A DNA stretch of 60,948 bases, filler included, from Jimgerdemannia flammicorona (GCA_003990765.1; 3 parts of 3 records of this genome joined end to end with filler, not necessarily neighbours in it), one strand, 5' to 3'; counted from the first letter of the whole stretch, positions 1 to 12,140 are shown. Numbers and translations are program-made. Notes: generated from the sequence alone by a model not told the origin.

Positions 1-459
1 TTTTCCTCAACCCAGCTTACCGCAAATGATGACGTGCTCAACTTTGAGAACCTCGATGGAAAGGCAGTTGAGGTCGCTGTGAACGACGACGTTGCAATGT
101 TGCGATGCACGAAGGGTCCAGCGGGATGATGTGTTTCGGGGGAACGCGAGAGTCGGGCAGCCTACGTTTTTTTTGAAAGAAGGTTGATTGGTTATTGCGA
201 TTACGTTTTTGGGAAGCGTAACTTCGAACACGGTCGGGGTAAAAATTCACGGCGATATGAAATCTCATTCATAAACCTTTGTTAGAGGGAAGGAAGCCTG
301 AAAATAAAATAAACAAAATTCGAACCTATCCACTGGATCTTTGGCTCCTGCTTGATCTCCTGGAAGAAGTTCGGCCTTTCGCGTTGTATGGTGTCCGCCC
401 GCCGTTTGTAATATTTCAAAGTTGTTTTATCGAACTTATTGGGCACGATGCTGAGTAGG
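1..459 (-). pseudogene. Beta-carbonic anhydrase pseudogene (tandem paralog; 3' part runs off the window start)
   Basis: Exon 326-459 reads ...NFFQEIKQEPKIQWIG. GT-AG intron 162-325 sits at the same position as in the intact gene. Exon 21-161 has GC.DSRVP, FVHRNI, NVVVHSDLNCLS, EVLKVEHVIICG, but with a 1-bp loss after the Zn-ligand Cys, loss of GEV, another 1-bp loss and loss of VxQYA. Confidence 0.88.
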
Positions 460-1203
460 CTGCAGCAAGGTTATGCGAGCAGAAGTTAGACAGATGGACT
501 GTCTACAATCAATCAAGCCCAGATACAGCGGATCAAAAGCCTACCATCGTTGACGTCAGTCGCCGCGCGCGTTAACGTCCTGATTTCCGTTGGGCGTGTT
601 CTCGGACCTCTTGGGCATGGAAAGGGCATTAGGAAGGGGTTTGGCATTTGCAAGCGGGCTCCCAAGGGGAGGGGAGACGGAGCACCGACGAAGGCTGCGG
701 AGGCAGTGACGGCGGCGGCCCTGAGCGAGTCCCTGCCGTTGGAAGATCACGGAAGAGACTCCAGAAGGGGGGTAGGGCCTCCTTTCTGGGCGTGGGAGCG
801 GGTGGAGCCATTGCTTGTGACCTTTGTGGCAGTAGAGATCTCTTGGAGTTGAGCCTTGGCGTGGCGTGTGCTCTTCTCTTGGGAACCGGGGTTGCAGAAA
901 TGGAGGGTCTTTCGTTTCAATGATGGGTTGGTCCAGCAGAAGAGATGTTTTCTCTGTTGTTTATGTGGACGCGCTGGTTGCACAGGTCCAAAAAAACAAT
1001 TGCTCAAGCCAAGGGAGATATATAATCCACGTGGTGCAAACCATATAATTATGTATAATTAATTATGTCCCTTACAGGTGCCTCAGCACTAAAATTTCGG
1101 GCGGAAATCAATAGAACAATTACAAGCTGAGCAGCGTACGAAATGGATGCCGCAGAAATTCAATTCGAGACATAGTATTGGGGAAACGACGTTGGTGATA
1201 CGA

Positions 1204-1229
1204 ATATATATATATATATATATATATAT
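1204..1229. repeat. (TA)n microsatellite
   Basis: Perfect TA run seen directly. Confidence 0.95.
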
Positions 1230-1419
1230 GGATCAAGAGGATAGGGCATCACAACATCCTGGTACAGTACATTGAGTACCATTAAGTACTGCGCCATACA
1301 TTTGAGTTTACACCAGGTATGCCATGTATGTGACGTGATTTATGATGTTTATGATGAACAACGCGCCCTGCAGGTCTTATGCGTCTTTGATTCAGAGGCT
1401 GACCCAAATGCTACGAAAT

Positions 1420-2483
1420 CTAGAAGCGGAACATTTGGTCCATCTTCTCGGTGTCACGAACGCAGATATCTAATTGGTTGATCAACCTAGAAAAAGACAA
1501 AAAAAAAAAAATCAATTATATATTTTTCGAGAAGAGGACTGAAAACCTGAACTTCAACACATACCCTGTTTCCAGGTCGTAAGCCCAACCATGAACAGCC
1601 AGCCTCTGCCCCCTCTTCCACGCATTCTGCACGATGGTGGTATGGCACACGTTGTTGACAGAGTTGTGTACGTTCAGCTCGACTAGCTTACGCTGGCTCT
1701 CGTGAACGTCAGTGATGGCCTCGAACTCGTCCTTGTGTCCTGATTGATTACGAAAGCCCGGAGCGTGAGTTGCAAGTTATTTTGGACCCGGAAAGTTTCA
1801 AGCAAGGAACAGACGGAACGCAAAATAAGGAGCTGGACAACGAATGAACATGCTTACGCCTATAAACCTCCTTAATGTTCATCAGCCAGCTGTCGATCAA
1901 ACCGAATTGATGTTTGCCCATGGAGGCGTTGATACCGCCGCAATTGTAGTGTCCTGATATGAGATGCAACAGTGTGGCGTGTTTAACATTCCGAAAAATA
2001 AGGTTCGGCCTCCAGTCCTGAGCTACCTACCGCAGACGATGATGTGTTCGACCTTGAGGACCTCGACGGCATACTGGACGACGGACAGGCAGTTGAGGTC
2101 GGTGTGGGAGACAACATTCGCGATGTTGCGATGGACAAAAACTTCGCCCGGGCCGAGCTGCATGAGCTGGTTGGCTGGCACGCGGGAGTCGGAGCAACCT
2201 GTTTCGGATGGTGGAGGGTTGCACAGACGATTGGTATTTCTTTTTCGTGCACGCTAAACATGAGCAATGGTGGCGTTCTTCAGTGTGATGAGGTGATGTA
2301 CATACCAATCCATAAAATCTTCGGCTCCTGCTTCTTGGAAAGCTCTTGGAAGAAATGATTGTTCTCAGCTTGAATGGCACTGGCCCATTTGCGGTTGTTC
2401 TCGAGGACGGTTTCAAGGTGGATGTCGTTGACATCAAACCGGTTGAGCTTGAGGGAGTTGCCGATAGGCGAGCCGGAGGTCAT
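1420..2483 (-). CDS. Beta-class carbonic anhydrase (Nce103/Can-type), 5 exons, 227 aa
   Basis: Exons 2306-2483, 2031-2198, 1858-1953, 1565-1739, 1420-1486 splice in frame through GT-AG introns. Motifs [51 protein letters not shown]; Zn ligands Cys/His/Cys intact; TAG at 1420-1422. Confidence 0.96.
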
Positions 2484-2636
2484 GTCTTAGTCAGGTTGGG
2501 GTCATTATTGTTGAATGGAATAGGAAATGGGTAACAAAGAGAGGTGAGGATGACATGCCGTGTAGGGAAACCGGATTTATTGCATATCAGAAATCGAATC
2601 CTCCCTTGGTTTAGTTTCCATGTGAGGGACATATAC

Positions 2637-2883
2637 CGTCGTATTCGCTGCTACCCCCCTCGCCCTTACCGCCATTATTACGCTTTTTGGGGATATCTAC
2701 ATGTACTGTCTGGGGCGCGATGATGCCCGCCGGCTCAATGAACACAGGCTCCGGGTTATGGTTCTCGGTGTCGCAAACGGTGGCGTTAGTGGACTTGACG
2801 ACGGTCGCGTACGAAATTCCGCTTGACCCCTGCGCGGAAACACTTGCGCGGTGTGGGACAGCGTTCTCTGGCTGGGTTGGCAT
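2637..2883 (-). CDS. Possible upstream coding exon giving the carbonic anhydrase an ~83-aa N-terminal extension
   Basis: ATG at 2883 opens MPTQPENAVPHR...SSEYD. Donor G|GTATAT at 2636 and acceptor CTAAG|AC-ATG at 2486 join it in frame to the ATG at 2483. CpG-rich like the host exons. No transcript evidence. Confidence 0.4.
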
Positions 2884-3299
2884 GTTCACGTTCGTTCGGC
2901 GTTGTTGGGAAGGCTTGGTGGTGATGGGGGAAGATACGTGGTTGGTGGTTGAAAATTCTGCCTTTAATTCGATCATCCGGCGAGCTCTCAGGACGTAGCC
3001 TATGTGGGATGTGGGTCTAAGTAAATACGTCATGTTAGGTGGTCCCACAAGATGCTTCTTATAGTTCCGATAGTGGAACGTGGACGGGACTGGCCAACTA
3101 TTTAATATATCAATATATCTGAAATCTGGAAGGTGACTGCTAATCCTCGATTTAAGAATATAATACAGATGATTTAATATTTTCACTAAATGAATAGTAA
3201 TTATATTAAAATTTATTTATTTTATTATCTATCATATCAAATATTAAGAGCTTTCAAATTATTTAAAATATATAAGATGGGACAAGCTTTTATTGAGTG

Positions 3300-4065
3300 A
3301 TTCACTACTAATAGACTTTGATATTAGTACTGGTGTGAAGTGTTAATAGAGAGTGGGATAAGATCTATGGCTAATAAGTTAGTAATTGATAAATATAAAA
3401 CTAGGCTAAAGTCTAGTTATGGAGTATTGAGATATAGTGGTAACTTTCTGAGTGGTGTGGTGACATATCTTGTCATGTTAAACTTTAGATTAGAATACTT
3501 GGTAGAAGGAGGGGTTTTTGAGTATAAGAATTATTATAATATAGAGTAGAAGAAAGAAATTATATAAATATTAGAATATTAGTTAGAAAAATATAAAGTA
3601 CTTAGTGACTTTTGAGTGATGGTTGGGGGTCACCTGGAGATGTGACAGTAGGATGGTGAAGAGAGAGAGAGATGGGATAACTTAGAAAGTAGTTAGTAAG
3701 ATATATCAGTAATGAGTGTCTTACTAATAGATAGATATTAGCAATATAGGTAGAGTTGACTAGATACTAATAGTATATATTTGAGAATAAGAGATTGATA
3801 ATAGATATTCTTTAGATTGATAAAGGGGATAAGTCTCTTAAGGAAGTTACTATAGATATCTAGTAAAAAAATATATATAAAAAGAATAGTAAGTAGGTTG
3901 AGATAGTTAACAATCTGATAGTTTTTAAGAGAGTAAAGATAGAGAGAAAAGAGTATATTAGGATAGAGTAGAGTGAAATTAGATTGAAGCTACTGATATA
4001 ATATGAGAACCATGTGTTTGTTATAGATTAGTTAATAAAAAGACCTAGTGCTCATAGGAAAAAAA
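3300..4065 (+). mobile_element. Heavily decayed 3' end of an L1/Tx1-type LINE
   Basis: MLNFRLEYLVEGGVFEYKNYYNIE matches MLNFRLGHLVVGGCFDCEECYNVG of the LINE ORF2 near 40360; AATAAA near 4034 followed by an A run. Boundaries approximate. Confidence 0.65.
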
Positions 4066-4074
4066 TATATATAT

Positions 4075-5660
4075 TGTTATATAGTGGTCACTGAGTCCTT
4101 CAAATATGTCAGATTCTCTTCAAGATATATCTCTTAGACTAACTCAAGTTTATTATAAGTAAGTTCTTATTGAAGTGCCTTCCTAAGGTCTTATAGTCCT
4201 CAAACTTCTTATATTTAAACTGTCTTATTATCTCTTTAGATTGCTTGTAAGGAATTATATATATTACACTAAGAGGAATTGAGTTTATTTCAGAGAAAAT
4301 AAGAAGGATATTTATACAAAATATAATTTAATAGTTACTAAGATATAAAGTTAAATATAAATTCCAATAACTAATAAAATACTAGAACACAGAAAACTAC
4401 TAAGTTCCAGAGTTGGCACAGATGGTTGCATAGATTCAAGATGCTGATATAATTTCAGTGATATAGGAAAATGATACTGGAATAATTCTGAGTCATAAGG
4501 TCAAAATACTGGTAGAGAAATAGCTATTATACAGAAAAAAGATACTGGCATAATTCAGTATAACTAAGGAACTTAGAGTAGAATATTCAAAACCATGAGG
4601 GCTTCATCCTCATCATTACTATCCTTAAAGAAGATGAGATCTACAAATATTTCAGTCTCATCATATAGGTCATATATTTCATATACTTTGCATATATCAT
4701 ACAAGATGATATTTTTGTCAATGATGTTATCATATTCAGCTATAGCAAGAATAAGGAGGTCTGGGGCTCTCCAGTCTATGAGGTTCTCTTCCACAAAATA
4801 GAGAACAAATGTGGAGTCTTGGAGAGACCTAATCTAGATGCTTGGATCTTGGACTACTGAGATCAATTCTTACAAGAATTGATCTGAGTTGTTCTGGAGG
4901 ATGGAATGCCAGAAGTCTTCTACTTCATCACTATTGAGAGTGATGGTAGACTAGGCTTCTGTAGCCACTCTGGCTTCTAGTACATTAATATGGCAGGCTG
5001 ATAGATCTCTGAAATCTAAGACTCTAACATACTCCAAGTTGGAGATCAACTATAGTATACATATGCCTGAAGATCTGATGAATCTTCTTAGCTATCCTTA
5101 CTTCTCATATATCTATGGAAGTGGTATCTTGTAACTTTTAGGGGCTGATCTGTGAAAACTTCTGGTAGAGAAGGTTTTATATTTTATACTCCTGCCATAT
5201 TTGGAGACATTTGATAGCAATGGTGATCCTTGTTTCCATTTCACAGCAGTAGAGGATAAAGTAATAAGGATCTACAATACACAGGTTAAGGCTATAAATC
5301 CTTCTTGTATGGATCCTCATGGCTCTTCTGATGTCTTGGAACATTCTTTCTTTGACTGAGATATCTTGGTGGTTTCTTGACCTTGAGGTTTGGTAAGTAG
5401 CAGACATTTCATTTATGGTAAGTCTTTGAGCTATTTTGGGATTAGTGAGTCTTATTGAGTTACTACTACTGTGGTTCCTTGATCCTTCTTTTATATTCTT
5501 CAAGATACCTGAACTGTGATCACAATAACTCACAGTTAGTCATCATTACTTATCTCATAACCTGAGTTATACTATATGATCTTCTTGTGTTCCAATCTGG
5601 TGGCTTATAAGGAAAGACTGTCTCTTATACTGATGTCATCATTCTGAGGTCACCATTACA
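4075..5660 (-). mobile_element. G2-family LTR, first copy of a tandem pair
   Basis: TG...CA termini; colinear with the LTRs at 51808-53357 and 59052-60604; left flank ATAT. Confidence 0.9.
4573..5407 (-). pseudogene. LTR-encoded ORF, decayed copy (unknown protein)
   Basis: MSATYQTSRSRNHQDISVKERMFQDIRRA...MVLNILL*; homologous to 52309-53115, with stops and a frameshift. Confidence 0.7.
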
Positions 5661-5665
5661 TCAGT

Positions 5666-7191
5666 TGTCATGTAGTGGTCACTGAGTTCTTCAAATATGT
5701 CAGATTCTCTTCAAGATATATCTCTTAGACTAACTCAAGTTTATTATAAGCAAGTTCTTATTGAAGTACCTTCTCAAGGTCTTATAGTCCTCAAACTTCT
5801 TATCTTTAAACTGTCTTATTATCTCTTTAGATTGCTTGCAAGAAATTATATGTATTGTATTGAGAGGAACTGAGTTTATTTCAGAGGAAATAAGAAGGGT
5901 ATTTATACAAAATATAATTCAATGGTTGCTAAGATATAAAGCTAAATATAAATTCCAATAATCAATAAAATGCTAGAATACAGAAAACTACCAAGTTTCA
6001 GAGTTGGCACAGATGGTTGCATAGGTTCAGGATGCTGGTATAATTTCAGTAATACAGGAAAATAGTGCTGGAATAATTCTGAGTCACAAGGTCAGAATGC
6101 CAGTAGAGGAATAGCTATTATACAGGAAAAGGATACTGGTATAATTCAGTATAACTAAGGGACTTAGAGCAGAATGTTCAGGACCATGGAGGCTTCATCC
6201 TCATCATTGCTATCCTCAAAGGAGATGAGGTCTACAAATATTTCAGTCTCATCATATAGGTCATATATTTTGCATACTTCATATATATTGCATGAGATGA
6301 TATCATCACCAATGACATTATCACATTTGGTGGTGGTGGGAACAAGGAGGTCTGGGGCTCTCCAGTTTATAAGGTTCTCTTCTATAAAATAGGAAACAAA
6401 TGTGGAGTCTTGGGGAGGTCTAACCTGGATGCTTGGGCCTTAGAATATTGAAGTCTTCTACTTCATCACTATTGAGGATAATGGTAGACTGGGCTTCTGT
6501 AGCCACCCTAGCTTCTAGTATATTGATACAGTGGGCTGACAGATCTCTGAAATCTGAGACTCTAATATACTCCAAGTTGGGGATCAACCATAATGCATGC
6601 CTGAAGATCTGACGAATCTTCTTAGCTATTCTTGCTTCTTGTATATTCATAAGAGTAGTATCTTATAACTCTTAAGGGCTGGTCTGTGAGAACTCCCAGT
6701 AGAGAAGGTTTTCTATTTTATACTTCTACCACATTTAGAGATATTTAGTAGCAATGGTGATCCTTATTTCTATTTTATGATAATAGAGGATAAAGTGATA
6801 AGGATCTGCAGTACCCAGGTTGAGGCTAGGAGTCCTTCTTATATAGATCCTTATGGCTCTTCTGATGTCTTAGAACATTCTTTCTTCAACTGAGGTATCT
6901 TGGTGATTTCTTGATCTTGAGGTTTAGTAAGCAGCAGGCATTTCATTTGTGATAAGTCTTTGAGCTATTTTGGGATTGGTGGGTCTTATTGAGTTGCTGC
7001 TACTGCAGTTCCTTGATCCTTCTTTTATATTTCTCAAGATACCTGAACTGTGATCATAATGACTCATAGTTAGTCATCATTACTCATCTCATAGCCTGAG
7101 TTATGCCATATGATCTTCTTGTATTCTGATCTAGTAACTTGCAAGAAAAGACTGTCTCTTGTACTGATATCATCATTCTGAGATTACTATT

Positions 7192-7194
<3 letters not shown>
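5666..7194 (-). mobile_element. G2-family LTR, second copy of a tandem pair
   Basis: Direct repeat of 4075-5660, separated by TCAGT; internal deletion near 6448; right flank ATAT inside a (TA)n run. Confidence 0.9.
6164..6941 (-). pseudogene. LTR-encoded ORF, decayed copy (unknown protein)
   Basis: ATG at 6941 (MPAA...), QIFRHALWLIPNLEYIRVSDFRDLS, same terminal LNILL*; internal deletion. Confidence 0.7.
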
Positions 7195-7229
<35 letters not shown>

Positions 7230-7489
7230 GTATATATCTCAATATTTTTATTCTATTAAGTTTTATCTCTTTGTCTATATGATAATATCCCTATATTTGG
7301 AGGATAATGTTTTGAATGTAATATCTGGATAGATAATGTAAGAATTTGATGATATCTCCTATCTCTATCCTTTGATGACATCTCCTATTTCTGTTCTCTG
7401 ATGATATAAGGAAATTGATGCATCATTATCAAATACCTCTGAAATCCTTTGGGCTCCAATATCCTTATTTCACTCATACCTACAATTAA

Positions 7490-7730
7490 GCAAATGCACC
7501 TATACTCAAACCTACTCAAATTCACTCAAATGCACTCAAACGTACTCAAATTTACTTGTGCTTAAATGAACAGCTACTCAAATGTACTTACACTCAAACA
7601 AATAGACTCACACTCATGCTCAAATATACTCAAACATGCTCAAACTTAGTCAAACATACTCAAACTCGCTCAAATGTACTCAAATACACTCATGCTCAAA
7701 TGAATAACCTCACACTCACACTCAAACAAA
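7490..7730. repeat. Degenerate tandem array of ACTCAAA-type units (resembles a DNA-transposon subterminal array)
   Basis: Many CTCAAA cores at roughly 10-20 bp spacing, ending just before ...CATGCTCTG at 7745. Confidence 0.7.
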
Positions 7731-7875
7731 TAGGCTCATGCTCTGTAGATTTATGTATGTATGTATTTTATATATGTGTGAGGTATCTTTTTATGCTAAA
7801 AGCAGTGAATTTGCTGGAATACAGTGACAATCGATTTAATGCCTTAATTTTTTTTTTTTTTTTTTTTTTTTAAGC

Positions 7876-8800
7876 ATGTTTTCCAATAATTTCTGCCCAG
7901 TTTGTGACATCCTATGTTGCGCTAATGACTGCCATGTCTGTCCACATTTCAGCAGAATTGAAGACCTCAATTCTGCTCTTGCAACCATGAATAACTACCC
8001 TGATGTTTACAGTATTTTGGACTACCGCAAAATATGCAGCCTTGCCGAGTGCACCACTTTACAAAATAACACTAATGAACTCACCAACCTCCGGACTTCG
8101 GCCCTCCAACTATCTCATTTGGCCTCTAGGATCTTGCAATCTCTTGATTGCCTTCTTACTGATACGCGTCAGTGTAGATCCCCCCATATGCCCTGCAATG
8201 ACCTGTCCCCATTCCTGTTTGTTGTTCTAAGTTCACCTCTTGGGGAACCTTCAATAACCCTTCAACATCCAACTACTCCAACACCCCAAGCTATTCCAAC
8301 ACACCAACCTACGCCAAGCTAACCTATGCCAAGCCAACCTACACCAAGCCAACCTACGACGCCAAGCCAACCTATGCCAAGCCAACCTACTCCAGCCACA
8401 TTGAGACCCACAATAAAGATAGATGAACCATCCTTCATTCCTAAAACACAGTTATCTTCCAGAGCAGCAGTATCCGAATTCGAACAATTGACAATATCTC
8501 TTCATGCCGAATCTCACTCAGGGCTTGTTTCTACCACATTTCAAATATGTCAGCGCTACAACAAACATGGCAGAGATTTTAAATTTTCACTGTATAAGCA
8601 TTCCTGTGAAGGACCATACCCTTACATCCATATTTGTATCTTATACTACTCCTGAGAGCATTCATATGCCGAATGCCACCAATAACTGAATCAGAATCGT
8701 AATGACTCAGATGAGAGCCATGACCATCGATCTCCCAAAGGCTGAGCGGTGTCAGAAGTATTGCCAGAAGCAGCACCAGACATACAATGCAATGTCAGAC
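7876..8800 (+). pseudogene. Decayed Cys-rich ORF with PSQPT repeats and a degenerate CCHC knuckle, convergent to the piggyBac transposase
   Basis: ORFs 7876-8322 and 8326-8655 share one frame, broken by TAA/TGA codons that one C>T change explains. CILYYS*EHSYAEC has CX2CX4HX4C spacing if TAC came from TGC. Confidence 0.5.
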
Positions 8801-8849
8801 GGAGGTGTGGTGTCAGATGGAGTATGGTGCTGGACAGAGTTGTCGCTTC

Positions 8850-9205
8850 TACCTTGCATATTCATATATATGGACAGTTTATCCTCCTCGTGTGTACCCA
8901 GACAGTTTGATCTCCTCATGTATATCTGGATGGTTTGATCTCCTCATGTGTGCCTAGATGGTTTAACCTCCTCGTGTGTACCCAGATGGTTTATCCTCCT
9001 CGCATATCCTTGGGTATACCCGGATGGCTATTCCTTCTCACATATACCTAGACAGTTATTCGTCTTATGTATACTCGGACAGCTATTCCTCCTCACATAT
9101 ATCTGGACAGCTATTCCTCCTTGCATATACCCGGACGGTTATTCACCTCGTGTATACTCGAACAGTTATTCGTATTCATGTCGATGGTTATTCCTACCTG
9201 AATAT
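8850..9205. repeat. ~27-bp degenerate tandem repeat (TCCTCCTCGTGTGTACCCGGACGGTTA-like)
   Basis: About a dozen diverged units visible. Confidence 0.8.
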
Positions 9206-9349
9206 GCCTGAGGTGATTATGCATTGTCATCACTTTTGCTTTATTCATAATACCAACATATATTAACTCATTGTATGATATTCTGTGAAACAACTATGCT
9301 GATTATTTACACAGAGTGTCACATTGCACGATCAACAAATAATATTGCT

Positions 9350-10996
9350 TTATGGTGGGTGCCACTTATTTATTTCAATTCGGCTGATCTTTGCTTGATA
9401 ACAGCACCAGATATATGCCTCATGGTGTTTTTGATACTCCAGCAGATAGTCACCAGGGGTAAGTTGGGCAGGATCCAAACTGTATGATTTCTCCATAATA
9501 TGCTTCTTACGTGATGTTTCCAGAATATCTTCATATTGATGTTTTTGTGTCTTTTGCTCATTTTCTTTATTGCTCACTAGCCTTATGAGTTCCCAAGTCA
9601 AGTCAAGCCAGAAATCACCATGCTGCATCTTGGACCCTATCGCTAACTTATACACCAAGTACAAGTTGATGATGGCAGTGTCTAATAGCCAGAAGAATAT
9701 CGACATCCAATTATGACAGGCCATAATCTGCATATCGTAGTATGAATGGTGTTGATCAGCAATGTCAACCCCTCCCATATAATGATTGTAATCATCAATG
9801 ATCTTTGGAATCAGAATCTTTTTTTTCAGTTTATTTCCCCAGGCTTCAGGTACTTGTTTGGCGTTCTTATTGGTAATTCTTGGATGGCATCATTCACGGA
9901 TGATGTTCCACTTAACTCCAAGTCCAAGTTCGTGGATTGTTGTTAACATAGTGACTTTGCCATTATCCATCTATAGCAATGCCAGAATATCGTTATTAAT
10001 TACTACATCAGACCTGGTATTCCAAGCTGGCTGTAAATCTTTTGCAACCTTGAGTTGTTGTAGAAACCTCTTCGAATTCGGTTTAACTGTCCTGTATGTG
10101 CTGATTCCCTTTGATCACAGATATTTGAATAACGAAATGGAGGAGAAGTAGTTATCCATATATATATTGAATGCCTGAATCCTGTACAGCAATTCTTCAA
10201 TAAGGAGCGCAACTATGCATCCAGTTTGACTGAGACCTTTAATCTTCTTGACCTCTCTGTTGGGTGTAATATGAGAGGTTGGGAGGAACGACCATATATA
10301 GCCAGAATTGCATAGCACAAGAACCTTGAAGCCTTCCGGAATTGGTTTACTTTTCAAATGAACGGTATGTAGACTTCTTCCTGAGAATCATATCATCATT
10401 TCATCAAAAGACATATTGGAACTTGGGTGATAGATTGCTTGCAACGTTGTTCGGATATACAACATTAACGGCTCAAGCTTTGCATAATAGTTATGTGATA
10501 TATTGTTGTCAACCAGTAGAGAGATATGTAAGTATCATTTGATTTGTTGGAAGCGAAGTAGAGTCATATGCTCAAGGATTCGATGTGATGGCATTCTGAT
10601 ATCCTTATTCCAATACCACTCGACATCTCTTCCAGCATGGAATAGTCTGAAGTATATGCAAATCGCTATGAAGATTAGGAGCTCAGGTACTGTCAACTGC
10701 TTCCACTCTCTATCCCTCACTCCAGTATCTTTTAATTCGGCATAGTAATTAGTGTTCATGACAATCTTCTTCAGTATATTATCGAGGAAGAAGAGATGAA
10801 ATATTCCAATACTGGTTGGATCCAGATCTTTGGGAAGGACTATGCAACTTGCAAGAATAGGAGCTGTATGTATTAGGCAGGAGAAGGCAGGAGCAGCAGG
10901 AATGCCCGGAATGGTAGGAACATCTGGAATGGCAGGTACGGTCTTTTTAGGAGGTCGGAATGGTGGAATCTCGATTATAATATTCATCACCTGCAT
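9350..10996 (-). mobile_element. piggyBac (DDE_Tnp_1_7 / PGBD-like) transposase pseudogene
   Basis: IFHLFF..IVMNTNYYA, MTLLRFQQIK, KPIPEGFKV, IYMDNYFSS, YNHYMGGVDIADQ, W..IFFWLLDTAIIN are typical piggyBac blocks; stops and frameshifts present. TIRs/TTAA not resolved. Confidence 0.9.
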
Positions 10997-11059
10997 CTTG
11001 ATAAATGATTAATCTTTTTTTTTTTTCCTCCTATTTAGAACATTTGGGTGAGTTAGAAA

Positions 11060-11320
11060 TGGCAACAGCAATGATAAGTTAGATGGCAATAGCGATGTCA
11101 ATGATGGCGAAATGACAACGGCGATGATGGTGAAACGGTGATGGCAATAATGGCGAAATGGTGATGGCGATGATGGCGAAATGGTGATGGCAATGATGGT
11201 GAAACGGCGATGGCAATGATGGCGAAACAGTGATGGCAATGATGGCAAAACAGTGACAGTGATGATGGTGACAGCGATGATGAGTTAGATGGCAATAGTG
11301 ACAAGTTAGATAGCAATGAT
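11060..11320. repeat. Low-complexity GATGGCAAT/GATGGCGAAAT tandem repeat upstream of the piggyBac ORF
   Basis: Seen directly; it produces the spurious His/Ser-rich ORFs in the track. Confidence 0.85.
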
Positions 11321-11580
11321 ACTAGATTGGCATATCATGTAATGTTTTGGTAATGATTTATATGTATGTAATGTTTTAGACACATTTGCTGAATAAAGTT
11401 CTGTCTGGTGATCTGGCAAGTGATGGGACAGAAAGGTGTGGTACTAGCTCAACACAATTAATAGTGAAATCCCTAAGAAAAGTGTCGTGGAGCGACTAAT
11501 GGAGTCTGAAAAATGTCTTATAGGTTCAAGATAGATGACCTTTTACATCAAAAAGTTATGCACTTAAATTTGGGTGCATT

Positions 11581-12140
11581 ACAGATAAAGAGATATGAAT
11601 AACAAGAGATGCTCTCATAGAAGTACAGAACTATCAGACTAAGTATGCTAACTTGAAATAAAGAAAAGTCTCCTACAACATTGGTGACATAGTTATACTT
11701 AGAATAGACCATCTTCATCCAGACACTCTAGTATAGCAACCATCCAAGAAACTCCATACTAGAAGAATTGGACTATACAAGATTGTGAAAAAAATCAGTA
11801 AAGTCAACTACAAGTTACAACTTTCCCATAATATTTGAGTATATTTAGTATTCTATATCAGCTAACTAGTAGACTACTATGTGAATCTATTCCTTAAGCA
11901 TACAGTTCCACCATCACTCTCAATTAGGATTAATAGTTATAAGAAATTCAAAATTGAGGTAGTACTTGACCACAAGGTCTGCAAATATGCCAAAACAGTC
12001 AAGTAGTTTTTCCTCATTAAGTAGAAGGTTACCCTACCCATGACACCATCTGGGAAAAAGAAAAAGTACTAGAGAATACATGTGAAGCCCTCTAGGACTA
12101 TATGGAAACACTTACTCTACAGCAGAGAAAGAAACTGTAG
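11581..12140 (+). mobile_element. Chromovirus (Ty3/Gypsy) fragment: integrase C-terminus plus chromodomain
   Basis: Manual translation: QTKYAN..YNIGDIVIL..KKL..IGLYKIVKKISKVNYKLQL..VFYIS.L, then FKIEVVLDHK..FLIK*K(G)YP.HDTIWE (chromodomain); many stops. Confidence 0.8.

Noticed and set aside
2884..3186. 191-aa ORF 2611-3186 as a standalone gene
   Set aside because: Its 5' part starts at a non-ATG codon in AT-rich TE-derived sequence; only 2637-2883 is kept, as a possible exon.
8850..9205. Regularly spaced repeats resembling a CRISPR array (also 15400-15950, 46905-47545, 52195-52299)
   Set aside because: Units are degenerate tandem repeats without constant repeat plus unique spacer structure; eukaryotic context and no cas genes.
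11009..11316. His/Ser-rich ORFs
   Set aside because: Translations of the GATGGC low-complexity array.
11440..11590. Terminal inverted repeat and TTAA for the piggyBac element
   Set aside because: No convincing matching inverted repeat found by eye near 7750-7870, so boundaries are left unassigned.
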